Below, piece after piece: positions 10,367-18,688 of a DNA stretch of 64,000 nt. Source of the DNA: an uncultured bacterium (GTDB lineage: Bacteria > Patescibacteriota > Minisyncoccia > Phycocordibacterales > DATDWN01); NCBI GenBank assembly GCA_963727715.1, contig CAVSGX010000006.1:12632-76631 (forward strand), written 5' to 3'. The translations under genes and the position numbers were made by a program. Position 1 is the stretch's first letter. Each line of letters starts with the position of its first letter. The notes beneath the pieces are model-generated. The model saw nothing but the letters and a program-made list of their open reading frames with translations, searched no databases and was not told the DNA's origin.

Positions 10367-10669
10367 TTATAAAGTGGGCGCTCGAGGTTTAGAACCAGAA
10401 AAATATAAAATATCAAAATTAAAATAAGGTGAGACGATTTTGTTTTTGAAAATAACTTTGATCGGATATTTTTTCTCCAACTTGAAACCAGTCAGAACTG
10501 GAATTTTATTTTCTATTTCTCTGTATTCCTCCAAATAAACCGCGTTTAAAAGTCGCGCGCGGATGTGTCCACCGTTTTCATACACACAAAAAGACAGCCG
10601 AACCAGTCGCCCATCGGCGTCTCGCACCACCCTCTCCACAAAATTTCCTCTCGATCGTGTGATTTGCAT
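10367..10669 (-). CDS. hypothetical protein between grpE and dnaK
   Basis: 100-aa ORF, no recognised motif; occupies the position where hrcA-operon genes sit but is far too short for HrcA. Confidence 0.3.
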   Translation of the reverse strand: MQITRSRGNFVERVVRDADGRLVRLSFCVYENGGHIRARLLNAVYLEEYREIENKIPVLTGFKLEKKYPIKVIFKNKIVSPYFNFDILYFSGSKPRAPTL

Positions 10670-10713
10670 GTTTTTTGTATAGAAATTATAGCATTTTTTC
10701 TATCTTGCAAAAC

Positions 10714-10742
10714 TTGACATAATTATTACAATTTGCTTTAAT
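10714..10742 (+). promoter_or_regulatory. sigma70-like promoter (TTGACA-17-TTTAAT)
   Basis: canonical -35 TTGACA, 17-bp spacer, -10 TTTAAT, about 20 nt upstream of a GAGGA ribosome-binding site and ATG. Confidence 0.45.
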
Positions 10743-10762
10743 ATATACAGAGGAACAAAAAA

Positions 10763-10864
10763 ATGAGTTCTCAGCAAATTGTAGGAATTTTAGGAGCACT
10801 TGCTTTGTTTATTATCGGGCTCATGCAGGCAGTTGCTCTTAGGCGCATCTTTCGGGGAAATTAA
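10763..10864 (+). CDS. small hydrophobic peptide (33 aa)
   Basis: MSSQQIVGILGALALFIIGLMQAVALRRIFRGN preceded by a GAGGA RBS and the promoter above; absent from the ORF track because it is under 60 aa. Confidence 0.35.
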   Translation: MSSQQIVGILGALALFIIGLMQAVALRRIFRGN

Positions 10865-10943
10865 CAGCCCAAATGTTTCCGACTGAAACTATAAGCTATC
10901 GGGCATCATGCCGGTAGCTTTTTTAATAACTAATCACTAACAA

Positions 10944-11612
10944 CTAGTTACTATTCACTTTCTTATACTCCCCCACTTTCACCTTCGGGGCGCGGATGAG
11001 TTTGTTGTGCAATTTGTAGCCGGAGTTAATCACTTCTAAAATTTTACCGCCATCATCTTCATTTTCCACCTGCACGGTTTCTACTGCCTCATCGCGGTTG
11101 TGATCAAACTTTTCACCGAGCGGATTTACCACCGTAAGCCCGTGTTGGGCCAAGGCGTTTGAAAGCTGTGTGTGGATGTATTCAACACCCTTTCGCCAAT
11201 TTTCATCAACTTTCTCCCAAGCATCTTTGTTTTTGAAAGCCGATTCAAATGAATCAAGTGTCTGCAAAAGTTCGGTAATGATATCCTCTTTGGCGAATGT
11301 GGCAAACTTTTTCTGATTTTCCTCATCTTGTCTTCGGGCATTTACAAAGTCCGCTTTGTCTTTTTGCCAGCCGAAAAGTAGCTCGGCATTTTTCTTTTCC
11401 AGTTCTTTAATTCTCTCTTTCAGTTGTTTGACCTTCTGTGCGCTATCCGGTCCGGTCACTTCGGTGTTATCCTCAAACACAAAATCATCTCCAGCGTCGG
11501 TGTCCACCTCCGGTTCCTTTTCCTCTATCTCATTTTTTTTAATTTGGTTTGAATCGTCGTTCATGTAGGTATGATAGCAAAAAATTACCGCTGAGTAAAA
11601 TTTCCGAAACAT
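10944..11612 (-). CDS. grpE: nucleotide exchange factor GrpE
   Basis: 222 aa; coiled-coil N-terminus and GrpE C-terminal signature (FDHNRDEAVETVQVE...SGYKLHNKLIRAPKVKV); true start may be the internal MNDDS. Confidence 0.8.
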   Translation of the reverse strand: MFRKFYSAVIFCYHTYMNDDSNQIKKNEIEEKEPEVDTDAGDDFVFEDNTEVTGPDSAQKVKQLKERIKELEKKNAELLFGWQKDKADFVNARRQDEENQKKFATFAKEDIITELLQTLDSFESAFKNKDAWEKVDENWRKGVEYIHTQLSNALAQHGLTVVNPLGEKFDHNRDEAVETVQVENEDDGGKILEVINSGYKLHNKLIRAPKVKVGEYKKVNSN

Positions 11613-11764
11613 TTATTTTTCGAAGCATACGCAGGCGAGGAGCCGGTTTTGTCAATGACCCGAGCAAAGCGAGGACTCTTGACAAATCCGAGCCGAGGAC
11701 CGAGAAAGCTCGGCGCTGGCCGAGCTTTCGTCTTTGAAAAATAAATGTTTTGGAAATTTTATCG
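11585..11764. repeat. palindromic intergenic element, copy 2 of 3
   Basis: terminal inverted repeat tttccgaaacatttatttttcgaag / ctttgaaaaataaatgttttggaaa; core catacgcaggcgaggagccggttttgtcaatgacccgagcaaagcgaggactcttgacaaatccgagccgaggaccgag nearly identical to copy 3. Confidence 0.8.
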
Positions 11765-12163
11765 TTTCGACCACTTCGGCGCCTTCCTTGCTTTCTTCAA
11801 ACCGAATTTGCGTCGTTCTTTGGCACGCGGATCGCGCTTGAGCATCCCTTCTTTTTTCAGTGGTTTGCGAAGTTCGCCGGAGTGTTTGACCAGAGCCCTG
11901 GCGATACCATGACGCAGAGCTTCGGATTGTGAGTGAATTCCTCCGCCGACTATTTTGGCTGTCACTTTGAATTTCTCTGAAATATTTTCTAGAAATGGTT
12001 CACGGGCAATTTCCTGCATCTCTTCCACCGGAAAATATTGGTGCAATTCTTTTTCATTTATGATAATACTGTTTTTGGTGGCCGGTGTTAGGCGCACGCG
12101 AGCAATGGAAGTCTTGCGACGGCCGACAGCCTCAACGTATTTTTCTGTTTTTGTTTCTGCCAT
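11759..12163 (-). CDS. rpsI: 30S ribosomal protein S9
   Basis: 134 aa; GRRKTSIARVRL and C-terminal KKARKAPKWSKR. Confidence 0.9.
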   Translation of the reverse strand: MAETKTEKYVEAVGRRKTSIARVRLTPATKNSIIINEKELHQYFPVEEMQEIAREPFLENISEKFKVTAKIVGGGIHSQSEALRHGIARALVKHSGELRKPLKKEGMLKRDPRAKERRKFGLKKARKAPKWSKR

Positions 12164-12166
12164 ATT

Positions 12167-12511
12167 TTATTCTGTAATTTTTAAATTGTTCAACATTTTG
12201 GCTCTCAATTTGTTTTTCGGCAACATTCCAGAGACAGCCTTTCTAAAAATTTCACTGTAACCTTTTTTCTCAATAACCTTCAACATAGTTGGTTGGGCCA
12301 GACCGCCCGGGTAGCCGGAATACTGACTGTATTTTTTTTGCTTCATTTTTTTCGGATCAATCAAAGCTTTGCTGGCGTTTTTTATTTCAACAATCGTGTC
12401 CGGGATGGAATTTCTGGAAAAATTTTTTTCGTTTTTACCCATCAAAAAAACGGCCGCCTGCGTGGCAATCCGCCCGACTCTTTTGTTTTCAGCATCAAGT
12501 GTATATTTCAT
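12167..12511 (-). CDS. rplM: 50S ribosomal protein L13
   Basis: L13 signature; start placed at the internal MKYTLDAENKRVGRIA because the longer ORF would overlap rplQ. Confidence 0.85.
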   Translation of the reverse strand: MKYTLDAENKRVGRIATQAAVFLMGKNEKNFSRNSIPDTIVEIKNASKALIDPKKMKQKKYSQYSGYPGGLAQPTMLKVIEKKGYSEIFRKAVSGMLPKNKLRAKMLNNLKITE

Positions 12512-12515
12512 ATTT

Positions 12516-12863
12516 TTATACAAATTCAATAACGGCCTGTAGGCTGTTGTCAGAAAGCCGAGCTGGCAATTTTGTGATGCGTGTGTATCCGCCTTTTCGG
12601 TCTTTGTATTTCGGCGACAATTCACCCACTATTTTCTTGGCCCCGACATTGCCGATTTTCGCGGCTAAAGCTCTTTGAGCTGCAACAGTACCAGACATTC
12701 CTCTGGTTATCATTTTTTCCACGAAAGGTCGAAGGGCGCGGGCCTTGGCATCGGTTGTTTTTATTTTGCCTTTCAAAACCAAAGACAGGGCTAAAGAACC
12801 GATTAGAGCGTTTCTAACTTTTCTGACACGACCGAATTTTCTTTTTGAATTGTGATGTCTCAT
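12516..12863 (-). CDS. rplQ: 50S ribosomal protein L17
   Basis: 115 aa; MRHHNSKRKFGR...GGYTRITKL. Confidence 0.9.
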   Translation of the reverse strand: MRHHNSKRKFGRVRKVRNALIGSLALSLVLKGKIKTTDAKARALRPFVEKMITRGMSGTVAAQRALAAKIGNVGAKKIVGELSPKYKDRKGGYTRITKLPARLSDNSLQAVIEFV

Positions 12864-12882
12864 GATGATCAGATAATCTCTG

Positions 12883-13851
12883 TTATTTCAAAGTTATTCC
12901 CAGTTTGGTCAAAGCCTCTCTTATTTCACTTAAACCTTTTTCACCCATACCCTCAATGTTCAAAATTTCTTTTTCTTTCTTTCTGGAAAGTCCGCCGACT
13001 GTGCGGATGTTGGCATTGGACAAAGTGTTGAAAGTGCGAGCGGAAAGGTCTAATGTGTCAATGCGTGTTTTCAAAATGTCCTCACTCAATTCCATTTTTT
13101 CAGCCGAGCCGGCCTTCTTTTTTTCGGTGGCCGAAGCCGGCAAAACTTTTTCTTCTTCCTCCTTGAAACCGACGATGGCTTTAAGTTGATTTATCATTAT
13201 CTCAATTGATTTTTCCAGAGCGACCTTTGGCGTGATGGTGCCATCCGTTTCAATAAAAATTCTCAAGCGATTGAAATCAGTGCGATCTCCGACACGCATA
13301 TTTTCCACTTCATAGCTGACACGTCTGACCGGTGTAAAGATAGCGTCCAGGCCGATAAATCCTATGTCCAAGCGATTTTTTTGAAGAGTTTCTTTGGAAA
13401 CGAAACCCAAGCCTTTCTCAACAACAATCTCCATATCCAATTCGGCCGATTTGTCCGTCAATGTGGCGATGGTCATATCAGGATTTAAAATTTCCACACC
13501 ACCCGGCAGTTTGATGTCGCTGGCTTTAACTTCTTTCATACCCCTAACTTTTAAAGTCAATGTTTGTGGTTCGTCCGAAACCATTGAAATGCGAACTTTT
13601 TTCAAATTGAGCAGAATTGTGATGACATCCTCTTTGACTTTTGGCAGGACAGAAAATTCATGAGAAACGCCGGCTATTTTTACGGTAGTTATGGCCGAAC
13701 CAGGCAAAGACGACAAAATGATGCGTCGCAAAGAATTGCCCAAAGTATATCCATACCCCGGGTATAAGCCGTCAATTTCATATGTTCCATTAAAATCAAC
13801 TTCGGAGACAATCCTTGGTTTTGATGGCAAAACACTTGTGTAATCAGACAT
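12883..13851 (-). CDS. rpoA: DNA-directed RNA polymerase alpha subunit
   Basis: 322 aa; N-terminal dimerisation and alpha-CTD architecture, LGNSLRRIILSS motif. Confidence 0.9.
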   Translation of the reverse strand: MSDYTSVLPSKPRIVSEVDFNGTYEIDGLYPGYGYTLGNSLRRIILSSLPGSAITTVKIAGVSHEFSVLPKVKEDVITILLNLKKVRISMVSDEPQTLTLKVRGMKEVKASDIKLPGGVEILNPDMTIATLTDKSAELDMEIVVEKGLGFVSKETLQKNRLDIGFIGLDAIFTPVRRVSYEVENMRVGDRTDFNRLRIFIETDGTITPKVALEKSIEIMINQLKAIVGFKEEEEKVLPASATEKKKAGSAEKMELSEDILKTRIDTLDLSARTFNTLSNANIRTVGGLSRKKEKEILNIEGMGEKGLSEIREALTKLGITLK

Positions 13852-13949
13852 AAAAATAATTTTAAAATTAAAATTTTATAAAAAGTTGAAACAAAAACAA
13901 TGATACCTTATTTTTGATAAAAAATCAAATATTTCAGCCACCGATTTTC

Positions 13950-14552
13950 CTAACGACTATAAAACTCAATCACGGCGTTCAGATCAAACATATTTTCTGT
14001 CGGCACAAGCTGTGGCATACCCTGGACCTTGGCCAATTTTTTCTGCTTGTCAAAAGTCAACCATGGTGGCACAGACACCGAAGAATTGTCGTTTTTGTTG
14101 AACAAGCCGTTGGTCAAAGATCCTCCGCGGATAGAAATGGAATCGCCGATTGATAATCTTTGTGACGGTATGGTTATTCTCTTGCCATTTATAGTGATGT
14201 GACCATGAGAAACCATTTGGCGGGCAGCGCTTCTAGTCGGCGCCAGACCGAGTCTATAAACCACATTGTCTGCCCTAAGTTCTAAATTTTGAAAAATGGC
14301 GTTGGTCGGATGAGCAGATTTTTTTTGCAAAACTTCTTTGACGTAATTGGAAAATTGTCTTTCGGACAATCCGTAGATAAAGCGGGCTTTTTGTTTTTCG
14401 TTTAATTGAGCGCCGTATTCTGATTTCGGTTTGCCAAAACGAGTTGTCTTGGCTTTTCTTTCGGCGCGCAAAGAATACTTTTGAGTTTGAGTTTTCTCAA
14501 AAATCGGCGCTCCCACTCGTCTGGCTATTTTGTATTTTGGTCCGGTTTTCAT
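13950..14552 (-). CDS. rpsD: 30S ribosomal protein S4
   Basis: 200 aa; S4 N-terminal region and S4 RNA-binding domain (RLDNVVYRLGLA-like). Confidence 0.9.
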   Translation of the reverse strand: MKTGPKYKIARRVGAPIFEKTQTQKYSLRAERKAKTTRFGKPKSEYGAQLNEKQKARFIYGLSERQFSNYVKEVLQKKSAHPTNAIFQNLELRADNVVYRLGLAPTRSAARQMVSHGHITINGKRITIPSQRLSIGDSISIRGGSLTNGLFNKNDNSSVSVPPWLTFDKQKKLAKVQGMPQLVPTENMFDLNAVIEFYSR

Positions 14553-14585
14553 TTTGCGGATTACAATAAAATCAAATAATAAAAA

Positions 14586-15014
14586 TTACACACGTCGCGG
14601 TTTTTTCGGCTTCGGGCCGTTATGCGGGACCGGGGTGACGTCTTTGATGGATGTCAGTGAAATACCTTTGGAAATAAAACCCCGGATGCTTGATTCGCGT
14701 CCGGAACCGACGCCTTTAACAACAACCGAAACCTCTCTCATTCCCATAGTCCCAGCCTTTCCGCCTATCAATTCTCCGACTTTGGCCGCGGCAAAGGGAG
14801 TTCCTTTTTTGGCTCCTTTGAAACCCAAAGCTCCACTTGATGAAAATGTCAAAACATTTCCCTTTTTATCTGTCAGGACCAGTTTAGTGTTGTTGTAAGT
14901 CGATTCAACAAACAAAATACCGCTGTCGGCTTTCTTTTTGGAAATGGAAGCCACCTGAGGTTTGTTCTCTGATTCGGCTCCGTCTGTTGTTTTAACGATT
15001 CGTTTTTTACCCAT
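14586..15014 (-). CDS. rpsK: 30S ribosomal protein S11
   Basis: 142 aa; S11 signature VVVKGVGSGRESSIRG and basic C-terminus. Confidence 0.9.
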   Translation of the reverse strand: MGKKRIVKTTDGAESENKPQVASISKKKADSGILFVESTYNNTKLVLTDKKGNVLTFSSSGALGFKGAKKGTPFAAAKVGELIGGKAGTMGMREVSVVVKGVGSGRESSIRGFISKGISLTSIKDVTPVPHNGPKPKKPRRV

Positions 15015-15018
15015 ATTT

Positions 15019-15396
15019 TTATTTTTTATCCGCTATTTTTCGTCCAGTACCCATCGTCTTTTTCTTGCCCCTTAGGGTTCTGGCGTTGGTTTTGGTTCTT
15101 TGACCTCTGGAAGGCAGACCACGTGAATGACGAGCACCGCGATAAGATTTGATATCCTTCAGTCGTTTTATATTGCCAGCCACTTCCCTTTTCAAATCAC
15201 CTTCTATTTTGTAGCTCTCAACAATTTTTCTTATGGCATTTTCTTGCTCAACGGTCAGCTCGTTTGGTTTCAATCCAAAACCGACATTGGCTTTTTTCAA
15301 AATAGTGTGAGCCAACGGTCGGCCAATGCCATAAAGCACGGTCAAACCGATTTCAATTCTCTTTTTCTCCGGCAATGTGATTCCAAGTATGCGCAT
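15019..15396 (-). CDS. rpsM: 30S ribosomal protein S13
   Basis: 125 aa; MRILGITLP...GIGRPLA and basic C-terminal tail. Confidence 0.9.
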   Translation of the reverse strand: MRILGITLPEKKRIEIGLTVLYGIGRPLAHTILKKANVGFGLKPNELTVEQENAIRKIVESYKIEGDLKREVAGNIKRLKDIKSYRGARHSRGLPSRGQRTKTNARTLRGKKKTMGTGRKIADKK

Positions 15397-15402
15397 AATT
15401 TT

Positions 15403-15519
15403 TTATCCTTGTCTTTGTTTATGTCTGGCGTTGGCTTTGCAGACAACATAAACATAACCCTTACGACGAACGGTTTGACATTTCGGACATATTTTTTTAA
15501 CGGAAGATTTTACTTTCAT
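15403..15519 (-). CDS. rpmJ: 50S ribosomal protein L36
   Basis: 38-aa [41 protein letters not shown], translated by hand from the minus strand; absent from the ORF track. Confidence 0.85.
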   Translation of the reverse strand: MKVKSSVKKICPKCQTVRRKGYVYVVCKANARHKQRQG

Positions 15520-15521
15520 TT

Positions 15522-15740
15522 TTATAATCTTTTAACTATACGGCCTTTACCGCCGTAGGGATCGATTTCCACTAAAACTTTATCACCAATCAAAACACGG
15601 ATTCTGTGCAGACGCATTTTACCAGAGAGATATGTCAATATCTCTTCATTTGTGTCGTCTATTTTGATCTTGAAGAAAGCGTTTGGCAATGCTTCTGTGA
15701 CAATGCCCGACACGACGCTATCCCTCTTGCTTTGGTTGTG
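15522..15740 (-). CDS. infA: translation initiation factor IF-1
   Basis: S1-like OB fold; [30 protein letters not shown] matches the IF-1 C-terminus; start trimmed to an internal Met to give ~72 aa. Confidence 0.8.
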   Translation of the reverse strand, partial: HNQSKRDSVVSGIVTEALPNAFFKIKIDDTNEEILTYLSGKMRLHRIRVLIGDKVLVEIDPYGGKGRIVKRL

Positions 15741-15842
15741 CATTAATTTAGCTTGTAGAATTTGTTCAAAATCTGAAAACAAAAAACTAACTCCGTTAAA
15801 GCATCAGATTTTTCACAGTTTCTAATACTAGCAAGAACGGGG

Positions 15843-17231
15843 CTATTTAGTCAAGAGATCCACCCTTTTTTGATCTTTCGGAATAGTTTGATTCCAAAAA
15901 GGATTGGTTTCAATCCAAACTTCAGAGATGGCCGGGTAGCCGGCAATAACTGTCCGAGCTTGATTTTTGGTCAATCCGAGAAGGTCCGATTTTAGTTTAT
16001 TTGCGTCAAAAACCCAGATTATTTTGGCATCTCCCGTTAAAGAAAAGTTCAATACTATTTGATTTGTTGAAGGATCAAACTGTGTTGTTCCGGTAGCATA
16101 TTCAAAATCAAGATTGTCCAAATTATCTATTTTAACTGTGTCATCTATGGAATAAATTGAAGCGATTGATCTGGTGAGCGATCCTCTGTCAAATATAACA
16201 CCGTAAGCCATTCCCTTTTGGTCCAAAACAGCTCCAGTATCGGTTGTGCTGGCCTGGATTGCCGGAGAAAAAGAGAAAGTCATACTGTTTTTGTACAAAA
16301 TAAAATTGGAAGGTATTTGAGAAACTATGTCGGTGGCCAAAGAATCTTTTAAATCTTTTTGCATTTCGGCTGAAGTGCTGGCCAATAATTGCGAAGAAAT
16401 TATGGTTTGCATACCGGAGAAACCGCCGGTCATTGGTGTCTTGGATTTGGCATATATTTGGCTGTATTTGGAACTGCCTTTAAGACCCGGGATAGTAAAA
16501 TCTTTCAGGCCGACATTATATTTATCTCCGGGCAAATCGGCGGTGGCAATTGTGGCGATACTGCCAGGAACCGTCGCGCCTGATTTGACCTGTTTTCCGG
16601 GAACAGTTATCGTTGAGTTTAAATGAAAAATTAAACCTTCCGGTGTTTCTAGGCGGGTGGTGGCGATCAATTTTTGCGATTGTGCTGTGTTATTGAAAAT
16701 AATAACCGTGCCACTGGCCTTTTTTTGAACTTCCGTTTGCCCGTTTCCAGCAACCGTTTTTTGGATATCTTTGCTTATGGTGACGATTTGAAAAGAGAGA
16801 CCGGAAACGTCGTTTTTATTTGCAACAAGATTCGAGCTTAAATGAACAGTTTGGTTTTTCGGCGCCACTGTTATCTTGGCGCTTTTAAACATGGCCGAAA
16901 TGCCGAAAACCAGAGCGACAATAAGTATGACCAGAGAAACATAAAAAATTTTCCGAGAAGTTTTTTTAGGTTGATTGTATTGATATTTGTAGAGAGAATC
17001 AGTTGGTGGTGATGTCTTGTCTGACGATTCGGAGTAATCAAATGTTGATGGTGAGGATTCCTTCTCCTCCGTGTTTTGAGGTTGGATGTAATCATCTTCC
17101 TTTTTACGGATTATCTCATTGATTCTTGAATCTACCTTTGGGCTCTCGGTTCTTCCGCGACGGACAGGGATTTCTATATTACGGATAGATTTTTTAGACG
17201 GGACAATATCTTGAAAAGGATTTTTTTTCAT
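15843..17231 (-). CDS. single-pass membrane protein with large extracytoplasmic domain, unknown function
   Basis: 462 aa; ~95-aa acidic/Ser-rich cytoplasmic N-terminus, one TM (VSLVILIVALVFGISAMF), then a long Thr/Ser-rich domain. Confidence 0.45.
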   Translation of the reverse strand: MKKNPFQDIVPSKKSIRNIEIPVRRGRTESPKVDSRINEIIRKKEDDYIQPQNTEEKESSPSTFDYSESSDKTSPPTDSLYKYQYNQPKKTSRKIFYVSLVILIVALVFGISAMFKSAKITVAPKNQTVHLSSNLVANKNDVSGLSFQIVTISKDIQKTVAGNGQTEVQKKASGTVIIFNNTAQSQKLIATTRLETPEGLIFHLNSTITVPGKQVKSGATVPGSIATIATADLPGDKYNVGLKDFTIPGLKGSSKYSQIYAKSKTPMTGGFSGMQTIISSQLLASTSAEMQKDLKDSLATDIVSQIPSNFILYKNSMTFSFSPAIQASTTDTGAVLDQKGMAYGVIFDRGSLTRSIASIYSIDDTVKIDNLDNLDFEYATGTTQFDPSTNQIVLNFSLTGDAKIIWVFDANKLKSDLLGLTKNQARTVIAGYPAISEVWIETNPFWNQTIPKDQKRVDLLTK

Positions 17232-17269
17232 CTGGTAAATTGTACACTAACAAAACCTGTTTGGCAAAA

Positions 17270-17450
17270 TAAATTGTTGATAAAAGGTATTAAACCCCAG
17301 GGCAAAAGACTTTGCCCACAGAGTGTTCGCTTCACTCACACTCTGCCTTGGCAAGCCGAGGGGTTTTAAATCTTTTTTCGCTCTCCTCGGCTCGGTAATG
17401 AGAAAGATTACTTTCTCATTACTCTCGCTCTACGTCGGCGATAATTATGG
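17270..17450. repeat. intergenic double-hairpin element
   Basis: long inverted repeat ttaaaaccccagggcaaaagactttgcccacagagtg / cactctgccttggcaagccgaggggttttaa, plus a second hairpin ggtaatgagaaag-attac-tttctcattact. Confidence 0.6.
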
Positions 17451-17470
17451 GTAAAAGCATCAATTTTGAT

Positions 17471-18667
17471 TTAAAAAAAACTAGAGAAGACAGTTAAGAA
17501 AGAAAGAAAAATATTTGGCGCGAATTTTTTGTCGGCGTTGTACATATGTGACATCGATGCGGTGTCCAGAGGGAAAACTTGGACATTCTTTCTAAACTCG
17601 GAACTCTGATCGTTTTCCGGAGTTTTTATAAAATTGGAATATATATCAATGACATCACTTCCAGCCGTCAGATACATTACTTGTGGCAAAGTGACGTCTT
17701 TGGAAAGTTCTGTAAAAGAGTTTTCAAAATAAATAGACCATTCTTTTTCAGCTTCGGAGAGGACTTCCTTTATTTGTTTTGCAGTATCGTCATTTGTTTT
17801 TTTGGAGTTGTAAATTCGCAAGGAAGATTCGGCTACCTCAAATGGGACATCCAATTTTTTAGAGATTTGGCGTATGATGAAATTTCTTCCGGACGGGAAA
17901 GAGACAATTTCAGAAATGGATTTTTCAAAAACTAAAACAACATCTGTCATCTCGGCGGTGATATCCATAAATAAAAAATTATGCACTGTTGGAAATAATT
18001 TTTTTATTACAGCAAACGAAATAAAAGGAAAAGCCCTCATTGAAACATCATCTGTTTTTATGGAAAAGAATTTTAGTAATTGTTTATGAACAACATCATA
18101 CACCGGTTTTGACACAGCCGACATATATAGAGAAGCATCGAAATTTTTTGTTTTTTGTCCAAAAATATTTGTTGTTGAATAACCATTGACTCTGAAATTA
18201 CTGAAACTGCTTTCAATGACAACAAAATCGTCATCGGTGCTTTCCTCAGAAAGCGATTCTTTGATAAATACGCTTTTCTCGGATTCTAGGATGCTGTTGA
18301 AAAACTCATGATTTATTATAAAAAATCTTTCTTTTTTCAATTCAATTTTTTTTACTTTTGGGATAAACCATGGTGAAGAAAAAGAAACCAAGGCCGAATG
18401 AATGTGTTTATTTTTACCTTTCCAAAAAGGCAAATTCATTCCATTTTTCACGACCAAAGCCAGAGTCTGGCCGAGAAGCAAATCCATTTCTTTCGCCAGC
18501 TTGTTTTTCTCCGGATTTTTTTCTATTTTAAACGGCAAATGAACACTATATATGACAGTCGGTTTCTTCCCAATCCCAAAGGAAACAAGTCCGGCCGAAA
18601 CCGCACCACTACCGATATTGATGAGGAGCGTCACTTTTTCCTGTTTGACAAATAAAGAGGGAGACAT
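17471..18667 (-). CDS. hypothetical protein, possibly actin-like ATPase (FtsA/PilM-like)
   Basis: 398 aa; the N-terminal LLINIGSGAVSAGLV resembles the phosphate-1 motif of FtsA/PilM actin-fold ATPases; weak similarity only. Confidence 0.3.
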   Translation of the reverse strand: MSPSLFVKQEKVTLLINIGSGAVSAGLVSFGIGKKPTVIYSVHLPFKIEKNPEKNKLAKEMDLLLGQTLALVVKNGMNLPFWKGKNKHIHSALVSFSSPWFIPKVKKIELKKERFFIINHEFFNSILESEKSVFIKESLSEESTDDDFVVIESSFSNFRVNGYSTTNIFGQKTKNFDASLYMSAVSKPVYDVVHKQLLKFFSIKTDDVSMRAFPFISFAVIKKLFPTVHNFLFMDITAEMTDVVLVFEKSISEIVSFPSGRNFIIRQISKKLDVPFEVAESSLRIYNSKKTNDDTAKQIKEVLSEAEKEWSIYFENSFTELSKDVTLPQVMYLTAGSDVIDIYSNFIKTPENDQSSEFRKNVQVFPLDTASMSHMYNADKKFAPNIFLSFLTVFSSFF

Positions 18668-18688
18668 GAGTATATTTTATCACAAATT

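Noticed and set aside
15843-17231. The 462-aa gene as a ribosomal or translation factor because it follows infA
   Set aside because: It has a TM helix and a large Ser/Thr-rich extracytoplasmic domain, and no similarity to any ribosomal protein. The call rested on adjacency alone.
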